Virus record (IMG/VR): IMGVR_UViG_3300037558_002241
Span: 1 to 63,387 of that record
Reading direction: 5' to 3' (one strand)
DNA length: 63,387 nucleotides
Origin: a virus
Lineage: Duplodnaviria; Caudoviricetes
Part shown: positions 47,850 through 57,737 of the stretch, piece after piece
Layout: each line of letters opens with the position of its first letter
Position numbering within the stretch: position 1 is the first letter of the stretch
The notes under the pieces: model-generated
Told to the model about the DNA's origin: nothing
Databases searched by the model: none
What the model saw: the letters and a program-made list of their open reading frames with translations, nothing else
Made by a program: the position numbers and the translations under genes

Positions 47850-48080
47850 ATGTCACAACCACGACAGAAAGATCCGTCCGATCCACTTTATGATGCAAAT
47901 GATAAGTGGAATGAATACAAGGTAGATCTACATTGTAATGAGACACACTCAGATGATGAGTGGGATCCAAATACAGAAGGTAAGATTGCTGATCCAAGGA
48001 ATCGTCACCAAGATAAAGTTCTAGATGAGTTCTGTGACAATCACCCTGGTTCACCTATGTGTAAAGTATTTGATGACTAA
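47850..48080 (+). CDS. cp12: CP12-like Calvin cycle inhibitor protein
   Basis: C-terminal FCDNHPGSPMCKVFDD matches the CP12 CxxxPxxxxC..(Y/F)DD motif; acidic 76 aa; AAGGAG ribosome-binding site. Confidence 0.75.
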   Translation: MSQPRQKDPSDPLYDANDKWNEYKVDLHCNETHSDDEWDPNTEGKIADPRNRHQDKVLDEFCDNHPGSPMCKVFDD

Positions 48081-50266
48081 TGCTTGAGAATAAACTGGTT
48101 GAATCCAAAAGACTTGGACGTGACGGTTTTCATTGGTTCATTGGGCAGGTAACTACAGACCCTGCTTGGCGATCTTTCCCCGGTGATAAACAGTCCAGAA
48201 AATTTGGATACCGCGCTAAAGTAAGGATCCTTGGGAAACATCCTGCCTCAGATGAGGTGAAGGATGAAGAACTTCCATGGGCACATCTTCTTGTTCCTCC
48301 TACTCAAGGTGCGGGTGTAAATTATGCCGGTGTAAGTAACAGTCTTCAAGGTGGAGAAACTGTTTTTGGGTTTTTCCTTGATGGGGAGGATGCTCAGCAA
48401 CCTGTGATTATGGGTGCTTTGTATCAGCATTCTTTCATCAAGAGTTCTCAGGACTGGGATGATGTTCTCAGTAAAGGAACTTCTGGATTCTCACCAATTA
48501 CAGTTGATCCATCACTTAGAACGGGTGGATCCGAATCTGAATTAGGAGCGACAGTTCGAGCTACTGGATCTGGAGAACCAAATCCAAATGGAGGACTTCC
48601 TACTAATGATGAAGACACTCCTATAAAAAACACTGATCCTGATGATACGGAAGCAGAAGAACCAGTAGGTGAAAGTGTTGGTAGATATATTGCTGATAAA
48701 CCGGTTGAAATTCGCAGACCGGTAAAGTGTGACGTTCCAAAGTCTGCCATGGGCGATGTCGCAAAGGCATTGCAGACTTTTGTTACTACCATGGAAGGGT
48801 TGGAGCAAACCGCGAACGGGTGGATTGATAAGAACCTGAACAAACCCTTCAATATAGACAATCTGATTGATGATACATCTCTCAGAATGGCAGGTGATTT
48901 CTCTGGACTTGTCCGTAGAGCACGTGCAGATTTATTCAAAGATATTGATGAGAAAGTAGGTGACGTTCTATCTTTCTTGGAACCTGATAACCTAATCAAG
49001 AAACTAGAACTAAAGAAGCAGAAAGATGTTATCTATTGCTTGATGGAGAATGTCATCAACGGTCTGAAAGACATGATTGGTGAATTCATGAAAGGATTGT
49101 TGGGTAATATTATCAACGTACCATTGTGTGCTGCTGAGCAGTTGATTGGTGCATTGATGACTCAGATTACTGATAAAATTCAAGGTCTTATTGGACCTGC
49201 AATGGCTGCATTATCAGGTCTGATGGGTGGGATTTCTTTCCCTGATTTTGGCGGCATCATGAACAAGGCAACCGGTGCAGCACAAACTGCTCTGAAACTG
49301 CTCTCCTGCGAAGGTTCTAACTGTGAACCTCAACCTTTTGATTTCAATATCAATATTGGACCGGAAGCGAAGAAGATTCTTGACTTTGATAGAACTAAAG
49401 CAATTAGTGGTCTCTTATCAAACATTGGTATTGATGGTATTGGAGATATTGCTTCTGGTCCAACGAATTTACTGAAAGATGCGTTCCCATTCTTAGGAGA
49501 TCTTGGTAAAGCTGCGACTACGTTCAATACATTGAAAGGTACTGCCGAACAACTGGCATCACTTGGTGGTAGCACTGCTGATATTATTGGTGGGGTATCA
49601 AGTGTTGTAGATGGTATTACTGAAGTTACTGGCAATTGTAAAACTAATATCTTAGAATGTGGACCACCGAGTATCGAGTTCTTTGGTGGTGGTGGACTTG
49701 GTGCAATTGCTAAAGCAGTTGTCAGTTCTACTGGTAAGGTGATTGGTGCTTCAATGGAGGACTTCGGTCTTTCTTATGATAAAGCACCTGCTGTTAGTAT
49801 TATTGACAAGTGTAATAATGGTAAAGGAGCAACTGGTGTCGCTATCATGGATGGCAACAAAGTTGTCAATGTTTTGATTACTAATCCTGGTAATGGTTAT
49901 CTTCCTGGCGGAACCTTGGATGTATCTGAAGAGGTTGCTAATGAATCTGAAGGTAACCAAGTAATTGGTGAAGTTGATGGCATTCAAGTCATCAATACTG
50001 GAAATAATTATCAGGAAGGTGATCTTATTGAAACTTCCAATGGTGGTATATTGACACCAATCTTAGAAAATGGTAGAATTGTTGGTGCTACAGGTAGAGT
50101 TGATCTTGGATTGTCTGAACTTCCTTCACTAAAAATCAAATCAAAAACTGGTTTCGGTGCATTTATCAAACCAATCACTAAGTTCACACCTTACAAAGAG
50201 TACAAAGATCCTATCATTCCTACCGCAAAAATTATTACTGTTATTGATTGTCCTAAAGGGTACTAA
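48080..50266 (+). CDS. gp5: Baseplate hub/spike gp5-like protein (N-terminal OB domain)
   Basis: F.WFIGQV, R.KVRI.G.H, LPWA, GE.VFGFFLDG.DAQQPVIMG. Confidence 0.8.
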   Translation: MLENKLVESKRLGRDGFHWFIGQVTTDPAWRSFPGDKQSRKFGYRAKVRILGKHPASDEVKDEELPWAHLLVPPTQGAGVNYAGVSNSLQGGETVFGFFLDGEDAQQPVIMGALYQHSFIKSSQDWDDVLSKGTSGFSPITVDPSLRTGGSESELGATVRATGSGEPNPNGGLPTNDEDTPIKNTDPDDTEAEEPVGESVGRYIADKPVEIRRPVKCDVPKSAMGDVAKALQTFVTTMEGLEQTANGWIDKNLNKPFNIDNLIDDTSLRMAGDFSGLVRRARADLFKDIDEKVGDVLSFLEPDNLIKKLELKKQKDVIYCLMENVINGLKDMIGEFMKGLLGNIINVPLCAAEQLIGALMTQITDKIQGLIGPAMAALSGLMGGISFPDFGGIMNKATGAAQTALKLLSCEGSNCEPQPFDFNINIGPEAKKILDFDRTKAISGLLSNIGIDGIGDIASGPTNLLKDAFPFLGDLGKAATTFNTLKGTAEQLASLGGSTADIIGGVSSVVDGITEVTGNCKTNILECGPPSIEFFGGGGLGAIAKAVVSSTGKVIGASMEDFGLSYDKAPAVSIIDKCNNGKGATGVAIMDGNKVVNVLITNPGNGYLPGGTLDVSEEVANESEGNQVIGEVDGIQVINTGNNYQEGDLIETSNGGILTPILENGRIVGATGRVDLGLSELPSLKIKSKTGFGAFIKPITKFTPYKEYKDPIIPTAKIITVIDCPKGY

Positions 50267-50796
50267 TGTCAAAAATCCCACCATATATTGTCAATCATCC
50301 TGAAGATGGTTCACTCCGAATCGGTAAGGAAGAGGAGGGTAAAGCAGTTCGCCGATCTCAAGTTGCGCTTGTTTCTGGATCTGCGGCATCTTTACGAATC
50401 TTTGAAGATGGTGGATGGGAACTCCGTGCCACTGAAAATGATAAGGGTTCTAACCTTATCCAAAAAGGTGCAGGTCCGATCAATATCAAGTCTGAAGGGG
50501 ATATCAATATTGATTGTAAGGGAACCTTCAATGTGATGGCAAAAGACATCATTATGAAGGCAACTGACCCTACTGAGGGTGACATCTACTTACATGCAGA
50601 ACATGATGTTCACTTTGAGGCAAAGAATTTTGCTAAGATGATAGGACATAACGTAACTATAAATGCTTCTGATAAGTTATTGTCTAATTCAAAAGGATTC
50701 AATATCATTATCGGTGACATGGTTCGCATTCATGAACCACAATCTAAACTCATTCCGCCCGCCTTGGGCGATTACATCAACTCTCTTGTAGAATAA
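50266..50796 (+). CDS. gp5 C-terminal beta-helix-like spike protein
   Basis: Repetitive I.I.SEGDI.I/I.L.A segments; directly after gp5. Confidence 0.55.
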   Translation: MSKIPPYIVNHPEDGSLRIGKEEEGKAVRRSQVALVSGSAASLRIFEDGGWELRATENDKGSNLIQKGAGPINIKSEGDINIDCKGTFNVMAKDIIMKATDPTEGDIYLHAEHDVHFEAKNFAKMIGHNVTINASDKLLSNSKGFNIIIGDMVRIHEPQSKLIPPALGDYINSLVE

Positions 50797-51602
50797 TGGC
50801 AGGAATTAGGGACATTGAGACTGGTAAAGTCTACATTGGTAGAGAACAACCAGCAAAACTGGACACCGCTAAAGAGACTGTAGATGGGGACAAACCTTTC
50901 AATGGCACATTAGTTGCTACAGGACCTGTTATTGCAGGAAAGCATAGTGGATTTGCCAAGGCAACTGTCAATATTGGTACAGACATTGATGAATTCAAGT
51001 CTGGTGTCAAAGGCAGGGCATTGCAAGTTGATGGTGATGTTGAAGTCATTGGTGAAGAGGCAGAAAATGCTATCTACATTGATGGTGACGTATATGTTAC
51101 AGGTAAAGTTGACTGCTTGAATAAAGGCAGACTTGCTAGTAGATTTGCTACAGCAGATGCTCTGGGTAAGTCATTCGATATCCAGCACCCTACAAAGGAA
51201 GGACATCGACTGCGCTATGCATGTATTGAGGGACCGGAAGTCGCTGTGTATCACCGTGGCAGACTCACTGGAGAGACTGAAATTGTGCTACCTGAATACT
51301 GGGTAAACCTGGTGTATGAGGACAGCATCACTGTGTCTGTCACTCCTATTGGAGCACACCAGGACATCATTGTCAAGGAGTTTGACAACACTAAGATTGT
51401 ATTAGAGTCTGTAAGTGCAGACATCGATTGCTTCTACCATGTGTATGGTGAAAGAAAGGATATCAACCCCTTGATTATTGATTATGAAGGCAAGACTTGG
51501 GAAGACTATCCTGATCCAAACGTCTTCATGGCACCAGATGATGAAGACCGTAATATTCTAGACGAAAGATATAGGGGTCCTCGCAACACTATTACTAAGT
51601 AA
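50796..51602 (+). CDS. Virion structural protein with chaperone-like C-terminal domain
   Basis: V.GDV.V.G repeats, then KSFDIQHP..RLRYACIEGPE..YHRG..LP.YW. Confidence 0.65.
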   Translation: MAGIRDIETGKVYIGREQPAKLDTAKETVDGDKPFNGTLVATGPVIAGKHSGFAKATVNIGTDIDEFKSGVKGRALQVDGDVEVIGEEAENAIYIDGDVYVTGKVDCLNKGRLASRFATADALGKSFDIQHPTKEGHRLRYACIEGPEVAVYHRGRLTGETEIVLPEYWVNLVYEDSITVSVTPIGAHQDIIVKEFDNTKIVLESVSADIDCFYHVYGERKDINPLIIDYEGKTWEDYPDPNVFMAPDDEDRNILDERYRGPRNTITK

Positions 51603-51637
51603 TTGTGCTATAATACATAGTATATGGAGTTTTTATT

Positions 51638-51880
51638 ATGAATACAGTTGAATTTCGCGGTACCGTAACCGTTGACGGGATTATTGAACTTCCTGAAACC
51701 TGGGCAAACAAGATTGACGTTGATACTATTCACGTTCAACTAACTCCCAAAACCGTTTTCCAGGAACTGTTTGTATACCAAATGCCTTATGGAAAGTCTG
51801 TTGTAATCCGTAACGGTGGGGGCGGTGTCATAAACGCTTTCTTCACTGTCACAGCGGAGTTGTCTTCAGACGCTCAGTAG
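51638..51880 (+). CDS. Hypothetical protein, stand-alone paralog of the preceding C-terminal domain
   Basis: FRG..I.LPE.W...D.I.V.LTP. Confidence 0.65.
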   Translation: MNTVEFRGTVTVDGIIELPETWANKIDVDTIHVQLTPKTVFQELFVYQMPYGKSVVIRNGGGGVINAFFTVTAELSSDAQ

Positions 51881-51888
51881 GGTATAAT
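51860..51888 (+). promoter_or_regulatory. Sigma70-type promoter
   Basis: TTGTCT, 17 bp, TATAAT. Confidence 0.55.
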
Positions 51889-51909
51889 AGTTTCAACCGC
51901 AACCTACAC

Positions 51910-52110
51910 ATGACCGTCGCCGCTTGGGAAAACGACCAGTACGTTACCAAAGTTGAGATCAACATCCCTGGACGCTACTTCGCCATCCATGGTTCTGATG
52001 GTGGACTGCAAGAACTTGAATGCAATACTGTAGATGAGTTTATGAGCGTCTGGACGGTCACCAACACTGCACTCCAATTCGATGAGGACATTGAATTAGT
52101 TTATTCCTAA
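51910..52110 (+). CDS. Hypothetical protein
   Basis: 66 aa acidic ORF; GSDG..EC.T.DEF. Confidence 0.65.
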   Translation: MTVAAWENDQYVTKVEINIPGRYFAIHGSDGGLQELECNTVDEFMSVWTVTNTALQFDEDIELVYS

Positions 52111-52249
52111 TGCCAGAAAAAGAAGTAGAAGATCCTAAACCCAAGGAATCACCTGATGAGGACACTGATATTTGGGATCTTCTTTATAGAAAACAAAATA
52201 ATGACGCTCCCTAAATAGTCTGAAGGAATGGTGTCAGGACTAATAGGTA

Positions 52250-55200
52250 ATGCCTCTAAGTAGACTTGAAAATTTCCTGAAGAACATTCAGGGTAATGTT
52301 ATCTATGTCAATCCAGAGGAACTGGATGCAACAGATGACGTAAGTAATAAGGGTAACTCAAGAACTCGTCCCTTCAGGACAATTCAAAGAGCATTACTTG
52401 AATCTGCCAGATTCTCCTATCAATTAGGTAAAGATAACGATAAATTTGATAAGACAACTATTGTCGTATCTCCGGGCGTACACTATATTGATAACCGTCC
52501 TGGTTATCAAATTGACACTGCTGGCAATACTACTAATGTAAGTGGTGGTAGTGTTAGTATCAACGAATTTTCTGTTGGTTCTAACTTCAATATTCAGAGT
52601 TCTGATAACCTTCTTTATACATTCAACTCGATTCATGGTGGTGTCATCATGCCTCGGGGCACGTCTATCGTAGGTACAGACCTGCGTAAGACTAAGATTA
52701 GACCGAAATATGTACCAGATCCTGCCAATAATAACATTCCTGCTACTGCCCTGTTCCGAGTAACTGGTGGTTGTTATTTCCGTGAGTTCACTTTATTTGA
52801 TGGTGATCCGGCAGATAGGATTTTCAAAGATTATACTACAAATACATATACTCCAAACTTCTCCCATCATAAACTCACCTGCTTTGAGTATGCTGATGGT
52901 GCGAACATTGTAAGTGGTAAGGGTAATACTGACCTTGACATGTATTATGCTAAGTTGACACTAGCATATGGTAATAATAGTGGTCGGGCAATCCCATCAT
53001 ACCCAGCAAATAACGACTTTGAGACGGTCATTGACGAATCTCGTATTGTTGGTGCTATCTCTCAGGTTGGTGCTATTGAGATTGCTGACATCTATTCTGG
53101 TGGCAATCCTTCTTCTGCGACTGCAACCACTGTAGTTTCTGTGGTTACCAATGACAGTCATGGTCTCTCTGTCGGTACTCCTATTAGTATTGTTGGTGTT
53201 GCTGGCAGTTCTAATGTCAATGGCACCGAGTATGATGGTGTCCATATTGTGTCTCAGGTTCTGAGTGACACGCTGTTCACCTACAGTGTTACTACTGCAC
53301 CTGCTACTACTGCTACTCCTAACCTTACAGGGTTGTCACCCACAGTCACTGTTGAGAGTGACACTGTAACAAGTGCCTCCCCATACATCTTCAACTGCTC
53401 TGTGCGGTCGGTGTTTGGTGTCAACGGTCTCCATGCTGATGGTGCCAAGGCAAGTGGATTCAAGTCCATGGTGATCGCTCAGTTTACTGGGGTCTCCTTG
53501 AACAAGGATGATACAGCATTTGTAAAATACAATCCCACAACTGGCACATATCAGGACCAGTCAGCACTGGGTTCTACTACTCTACTGCATACAGACGGAC
53601 AAGCACGTCATAAACCAACTTACGAAAGTTTCCACATCAAGGCGTCGAACAGCGCACAACTTCAGTTAGTATCCACTTTTGCGGTGGGTTGTGGTATTCA
53701 TTTTGTATGTGACTCTGGTTCTGACGCATCAATTACTAACTCTAACTCTAACTTTGGAGCACAAGCTCTGAAGGCAGATGGGTTCAAGGCAAATGCCTTT
53801 ACTAAAGACGACAAAGGTTACATCACTGGTATTCTTCCTACACAAAGGGACTTTACTCAAGAGACTAGCAGCAACTGGTTGAAACTGGATGTTGATAAGA
53901 CTGCTGCTGCTTCCGATACTAAACTGTATCTAAGAGATTATGCTGAACAGGATAGTGCTCCCCCAGCAACTACTGGTCCATACACTGTTGGTCAAAAGGT
54001 TGGTGAACTGCTAAAGGTCAACATTGATGGCACCATCCGCTCCGCTGAGGTGTTGATGACTGTGGTATCAGGTGCAGGACCTTCTGGTAAGAAAGAGCAC
54101 CGTGTTGGTACTAATGCAGGTATTAGTAGCATTACTAATAATATTATTACTCTACAAGAAAACCATACATTCATTCCTGGAGAAAGTGTAAGATTCTATT
54201 CTGACAGTGGTTCTCTTCCTGATGGTATTGAGTATAATACCAATTACTATGTTATTACTGATTCTCTAGATAACAATCAAATCCAGATTGCTACAAGTCC
54301 TGAGAATGCTGTTGCAAATAATTCAATTGCAGGTCTCAATAACCTGGGTGGAAATCTTAGAGTTGTTTCTGATGTTCGCATCAAGAAACCTGGCGAACCA
54401 GGACATCCTATTCAATATAATAGTACTGGTTGGTATATCAACGTCAAGACTGGTAACAATCTTCATGCTGCTATTGTATCAAACCAGACGGCAATCACAC
54501 CTGAGACTACTAGGTCTTATATTGAAAGAAAGAGTGATGGTCGTAAAGATGTTGAAAAAATCTATCGATTACGTTATGTTCTGCCTGATGGTAGTTCTAT
54601 TTCTGGACCTCCGCAAAACGGATACTCTTTAGAAGATACTAGTAGTGTTATTGATGATGATAAATTCCAGAATGATAATACTAACCTAACCAGTGACATT
54701 GATTTACGTCAAGGTACTAGCATTATTGATGCTTCCTGGTCTTCTAATGTTGGTGTTATCACCTCTAAGTTCTCCCATAACTTGCGTCGTGGTCAGGTTA
54801 TTGAGATCAACCGTCTGCGTTCTGCTAATAATGTTTCTGGAGCAGATAACTCTGGTTTCAATGGTCTGTTTGAAGTTCTTCAGATTGATGGTAAGAAAAC
54901 CTTTAGAGTTGGTTTGAATACTAATCCTGGTGGTATTAGTACGATTACCACTGGCACTCCATATACTCGCCATGATCAGAGTGTTGTTGGATCTGGTCGT
55001 ACCTTCTCACCTTACTTTGTCCGTAAGGATTATGGTAATGCTTATCAAGTATTCAACCATGAGGTTGTTCAAGACTATAAGTCAGGTGTTCAGGATGGTA
55101 TCTATAACCTGACTATGCTTGGGTATGGTAGTATCCCTGAGGTATCTCCATACGACATCGGCAAGAACCGATTTGCACAAAATATCAATGATTTGAGACC

Positions 55201-57706
55201 TAACATTGATATTGACAACTATGTTGATGATCCAGAACCCGCAGTGTCCTATGCTGTGCGTGATGACATTGGATTTGTACAATCTAATGACAATGCTAAT
55301 AGCATCACCCGTGAGTCAACCTTAGCAATCATTGAAGATACTGGAATCGGTATTGGTGTCACTGAGGCAACTGTTTCTGGTACTGACATCAGTGCCAATC
55401 TTATTGTTGATCATGGTTTCAACAGTATCAAAACTGTAGGAAGTCTGACTGGTGGTAGCAACCTGGGTACAGGATCAGGTAACGCTGAATTTTACTTCAG
55501 TGTAAATCTTTCTGGTGGTACTGGTAGTGGAGCGACTGCTGATGTTACTGTTGCTGCTGCTGGTATTATCAGCGGAATTGATATAGTTGATTTTGGTTCT
55601 GGATATAGTGTCAATGATGTTCTGACAGTCAAAGGTGTTCCTTTCTCTGCATCTGGAACTGATGCTACTGTCACAGTCACTGAAATTGATAATAATGTTG
55701 GTGATATTATTCAAGTGGTTGGTGTTACCAGCACTGCCTACAATGGTATACAGAGAATTACCAACGTAACAGATCCTAAGATTCTGGTATATGAAGGAAA
55801 TGTATCTACTGCATCTACTGATGGTTTTGTTTACCATGTAGGTGTTGCTACTGCGGTTTCTAACATTGTACATGATTCTGTTAGTGGAATTGCAACTGTC
55901 ACGATGAACCGTGACATTGGTTTGCGTCGTGGTGATGAGATTGTCATCAGTGGTGCTAATAGTGTTTACAATGGTCAGTTTGCTGTTCTAGATCGCATTG
56001 GTTATGGTTCTTCACTGACCGTTTCTATTCCATCAGCAACTTCTCCTAACTTCAATGGTCCTAGTTGTATTGCCCATGGTGCTGGTATCAGCAATCGTTC
56101 TAAGGGACAAACAATTTCCATCTATGGTGGTCTGACGACTGAGATTAGTTCTGGTCTTACAACTGCTTCTACTAGCATTACTCTGCAAGATAACAATAAG
56201 ATCCGTCGCGGCGATTATCTTCAGATTGAGAATGAGATTGTTCGTATCTCTAATAATACGAAAAATCAAATCATCCGTGGTTGTCTTGGTACCAATCAAA
56301 CATCACACCTTCAGTATTCTGCCGCTGTCAGAATCAAAGTTCTGCCTGTTGAGCAACGTCGTCACAGTGTGATCCGTGCTTCTGGGCACACCTTTGAGTA
56401 TGTTGGTTATGGACCCGGCAACTATAGCACTGCTTTACCTCAGACGCAAGATCGTGTCTTAGATGATAAGCAGCAACTGCTTGCTCAGTCTGTGTCCTCT
56501 CGCGGTGGTAGTGTTGTTTACTCTGGTATGAATGACCGGGGAGAATACTTCATCGGTCGTAAGAAGATTGATGCTCTAACAGGTGAAGAGAAATCTACTA
56601 TCAATGTTTTTGATAGTACTGGGGTTACAGAAATTCCTTCTGCGATTGATTTCAATGACCTGACTGTCAAGCAAAACTTCTACAGTCTTGGTAATAGTTC
56701 TTTGGTTGATATTCAACTAAAGGGTAATCGTAGTGGTGATGTTGGCACCAGCGTATTTGTTGGTATCAATGGTGCTAATCAAAATGCTCCTACAACCAGT
56801 GTTGATCAGATCATTCTGAACACTACATTTGATAAAGCAGGATATATTGGTTGGGTTCGTACTACTGATTCTACTCAACCTTGGAAGAAGTTTGGTCCTA
56901 TCAGTGTTGATCAGACTGATCATTATTCTTTAGATAAACTTGTTCTGGGTGCTGCATCTGCTGGTTCTAACACTCTGGCAGTCACTGGCGACTCTTCACT
57001 AACGGGTGATCTGCAAGTTAGTGGTGCATTTACATCCAGCACTGCTGTTGTTGGTAGTGCAAAGGTCAGCGACCTGACGACATCTCGCATTGTTATTGTT
57101 GGTGCATCTGGAGAACTGGAAGACAATAGTGGTCTTACCTTTACTGGTAACACTCTAACTGCCAATACTCTTTCCGTTACTAATAATGCTACTGTGGGTG
57201 GTACATGTACTGCTGACACATTCTCTGGTAATGGTATTACTCCTATTGGTGGTATCATCATGTGGAGTGGAGGTAGTGTTCCTTCTGGATGGGCAATCTG
57301 TGATGGTAACAATAATACTCCTAATTTGAAAGATCGATTTGTGTTGTCTTCGGGCGACACATACTCTGCTGGTTCATCTGGTGGTAGTGCTGATGCTGTG
57401 CTTGTTCAACACGATCACAACGCAACATCAACATCAACTTCTACTACTCAAACTGAAACTATAACAGGTACATTTGGTAGTGAGCCTTATAGCTACGCCC
57501 CTACTGGTGTGTTTAGCCGAACTGCATCTAATTTTGGTGAAGACCAAGATCAAGGTAGTAATGGTCAGATAATGACTATGGATGCATCACACGACCACAC
57601 AACCACTACTACTACAACCACTGCGATTGCTAACGAAGGTGTTTCTGGTACGGGTAAAAACTTACCTCCATATTATGTCCTTGCATTCATCATGCGTACT
57701 GTTTGA
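52250..57706 (+). CDS. Large virion structural/tail-fibre protein with beta-helix and tail-collar domains
   Basis: MPLSRLENFLKN, PF.TIQRAL, PRGTSIVG.DLRKT, C-terminal PIGGIIMWSG..PSGWAICDG.N.TPNL.DRF and NLPPYY.LAFIMR; TAAATA at 52212. Confidence 0.8.
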   Translation: MPLSRLENFLKNIQGNVIYVNPEELDATDDVSNKGNSRTRPFRTIQRALLESARFSYQLGKDNDKFDKTTIVVSPGVHYIDNRPGYQIDTAGNTTNVSGGSVSINEFSVGSNFNIQSSDNLLYTFNSIHGGVIMPRGTSIVGTDLRKTKIRPKYVPDPANNNIPATALFRVTGGCYFREFTLFDGDPADRIFKDYTTNTYTPNFSHHKLTCFEYADGANIVSGKGNTDLDMYYAKLTLAYGNNSGRAIPSYPANNDFETVIDESRIVGAISQVGAIEIADIYSGGNPSSATATTVVSVVTNDSHGLSVGTPISIVGVAGSSNVNGTEYDGVHIVSQVLSDTLFTYSVTTAPATTATPNLTGLSPTVTVESDTVTSASPYIFNCSVRSVFGVNGLHADGAKASGFKSMVIAQFTGVSLNKDDTAFVKYNPTTGTYQDQSALGSTTLLHTDGQARHKPTYESFHIKASNSAQLQLVSTFAVGCGIHFVCDSGSDASITNSNSNFGAQALKADGFKANAFTKDDKGYITGILPTQRDFTQETSSNWLKLDVDKTAAASDTKLYLRDYAEQDSAPPATTGPYTVGQKVGELLKVNIDGTIRSAEVLMTVVSGAGPSGKKEHRVGTNAGISSITNNIITLQENHTFIPGESVRFYSDSGSLPDGIEYNTNYYVITDSLDNNQIQIATSPENAVANNSIAGLNNLGGNLRVVSDVRIKKPGEPGHPIQYNSTGWYINVKTGNNLHAAIVSNQTAITPETTRSYIERKSDGRKDVEKIYRLRYVLPDGSSISGPPQNGYSLEDTSSVIDDDKFQNDNTNLTSDIDLRQGTSIIDASWSSNVGVITSKFSHNLRRGQVIEINRLRSANNVSGADNSGFNGLFEVLQIDGKKTFRVGLNTNPGGISTITTGTPYTRHDQSVVGSGRTFSPYFVRKDYGNAYQVFNHEVVQDYKSGVQDGIYNLTMLGYGSIPEVSPYDIGKNRFAQNINDLRPNIDIDNYVDDPEPAVSYAVRDDIGFVQSNDNANSITRESTLAIIEDTGIGIGVTEATVSGTDISANLIVDHGFNSIKTVGSLTGGSNLGTGSGNAEFYFSVNLSGGTGSGATADVTVAAAGIISGIDIVDFGSGYSVNDVLTVKGVPFSASGTDATVTVTEIDNNVGDIIQVVGVTSTAYNGIQRITNVTDPKILVYEGNVSTASTDGFVYHVGVATAVSNIVHDSVSGIATVTMNRDIGLRRGDEIVISGANSVYNGQFAVLDRIGYGSSLTVSIPSATSPNFNGPSCIAHGAGISNRSKGQTISIYGGLTTEISSGLTTASTSITLQDNNKIRRGDYLQIENEIVRISNNTKNQIIRGCLGTNQTSHLQYSAAVRIKVLPVEQRRHSVIRASGHTFEYVGYGPGNYSTALPQTQDRVLDDKQQLLAQSVSSRGGSVVYSGMNDRGEYFIGRKKIDALTGEEKSTINVFDSTGVTEIPSAIDFNDLTVKQNFYSLGNSSLVDIQLKGNRSGDVGTSVFVGINGANQNAPTTSVDQIILNTTFDKAGYIGWVRTTDSTQPWKKFGPISVDQTDHYSLDKLVLGAASAGSNTLAVTGDSSLTGDLQVSGAFTSSTAVVGSAKVSDLTTSRIVIVGASGELEDNSGLTFTGNTLTANTLSVTNNATVGGTCTADTFSGNGITPIGGIIMWSGGSVPSGWAICDGNNNTPNLKDRFVLSSGDTYSAGSSGGSADAVLVQHDHNATSTSTSTTQTETITGTFGSEPYSYAPTGVFSRTASNFGEDQDQGSNGQIMTMDASHDHTTTTTTTTAIANEGVSGTGKNLPPYYVLAFIMRTV

Positions 57707-57737
57707 TAAATACTCTTACAAAGGAGTCTTGTTGTAA

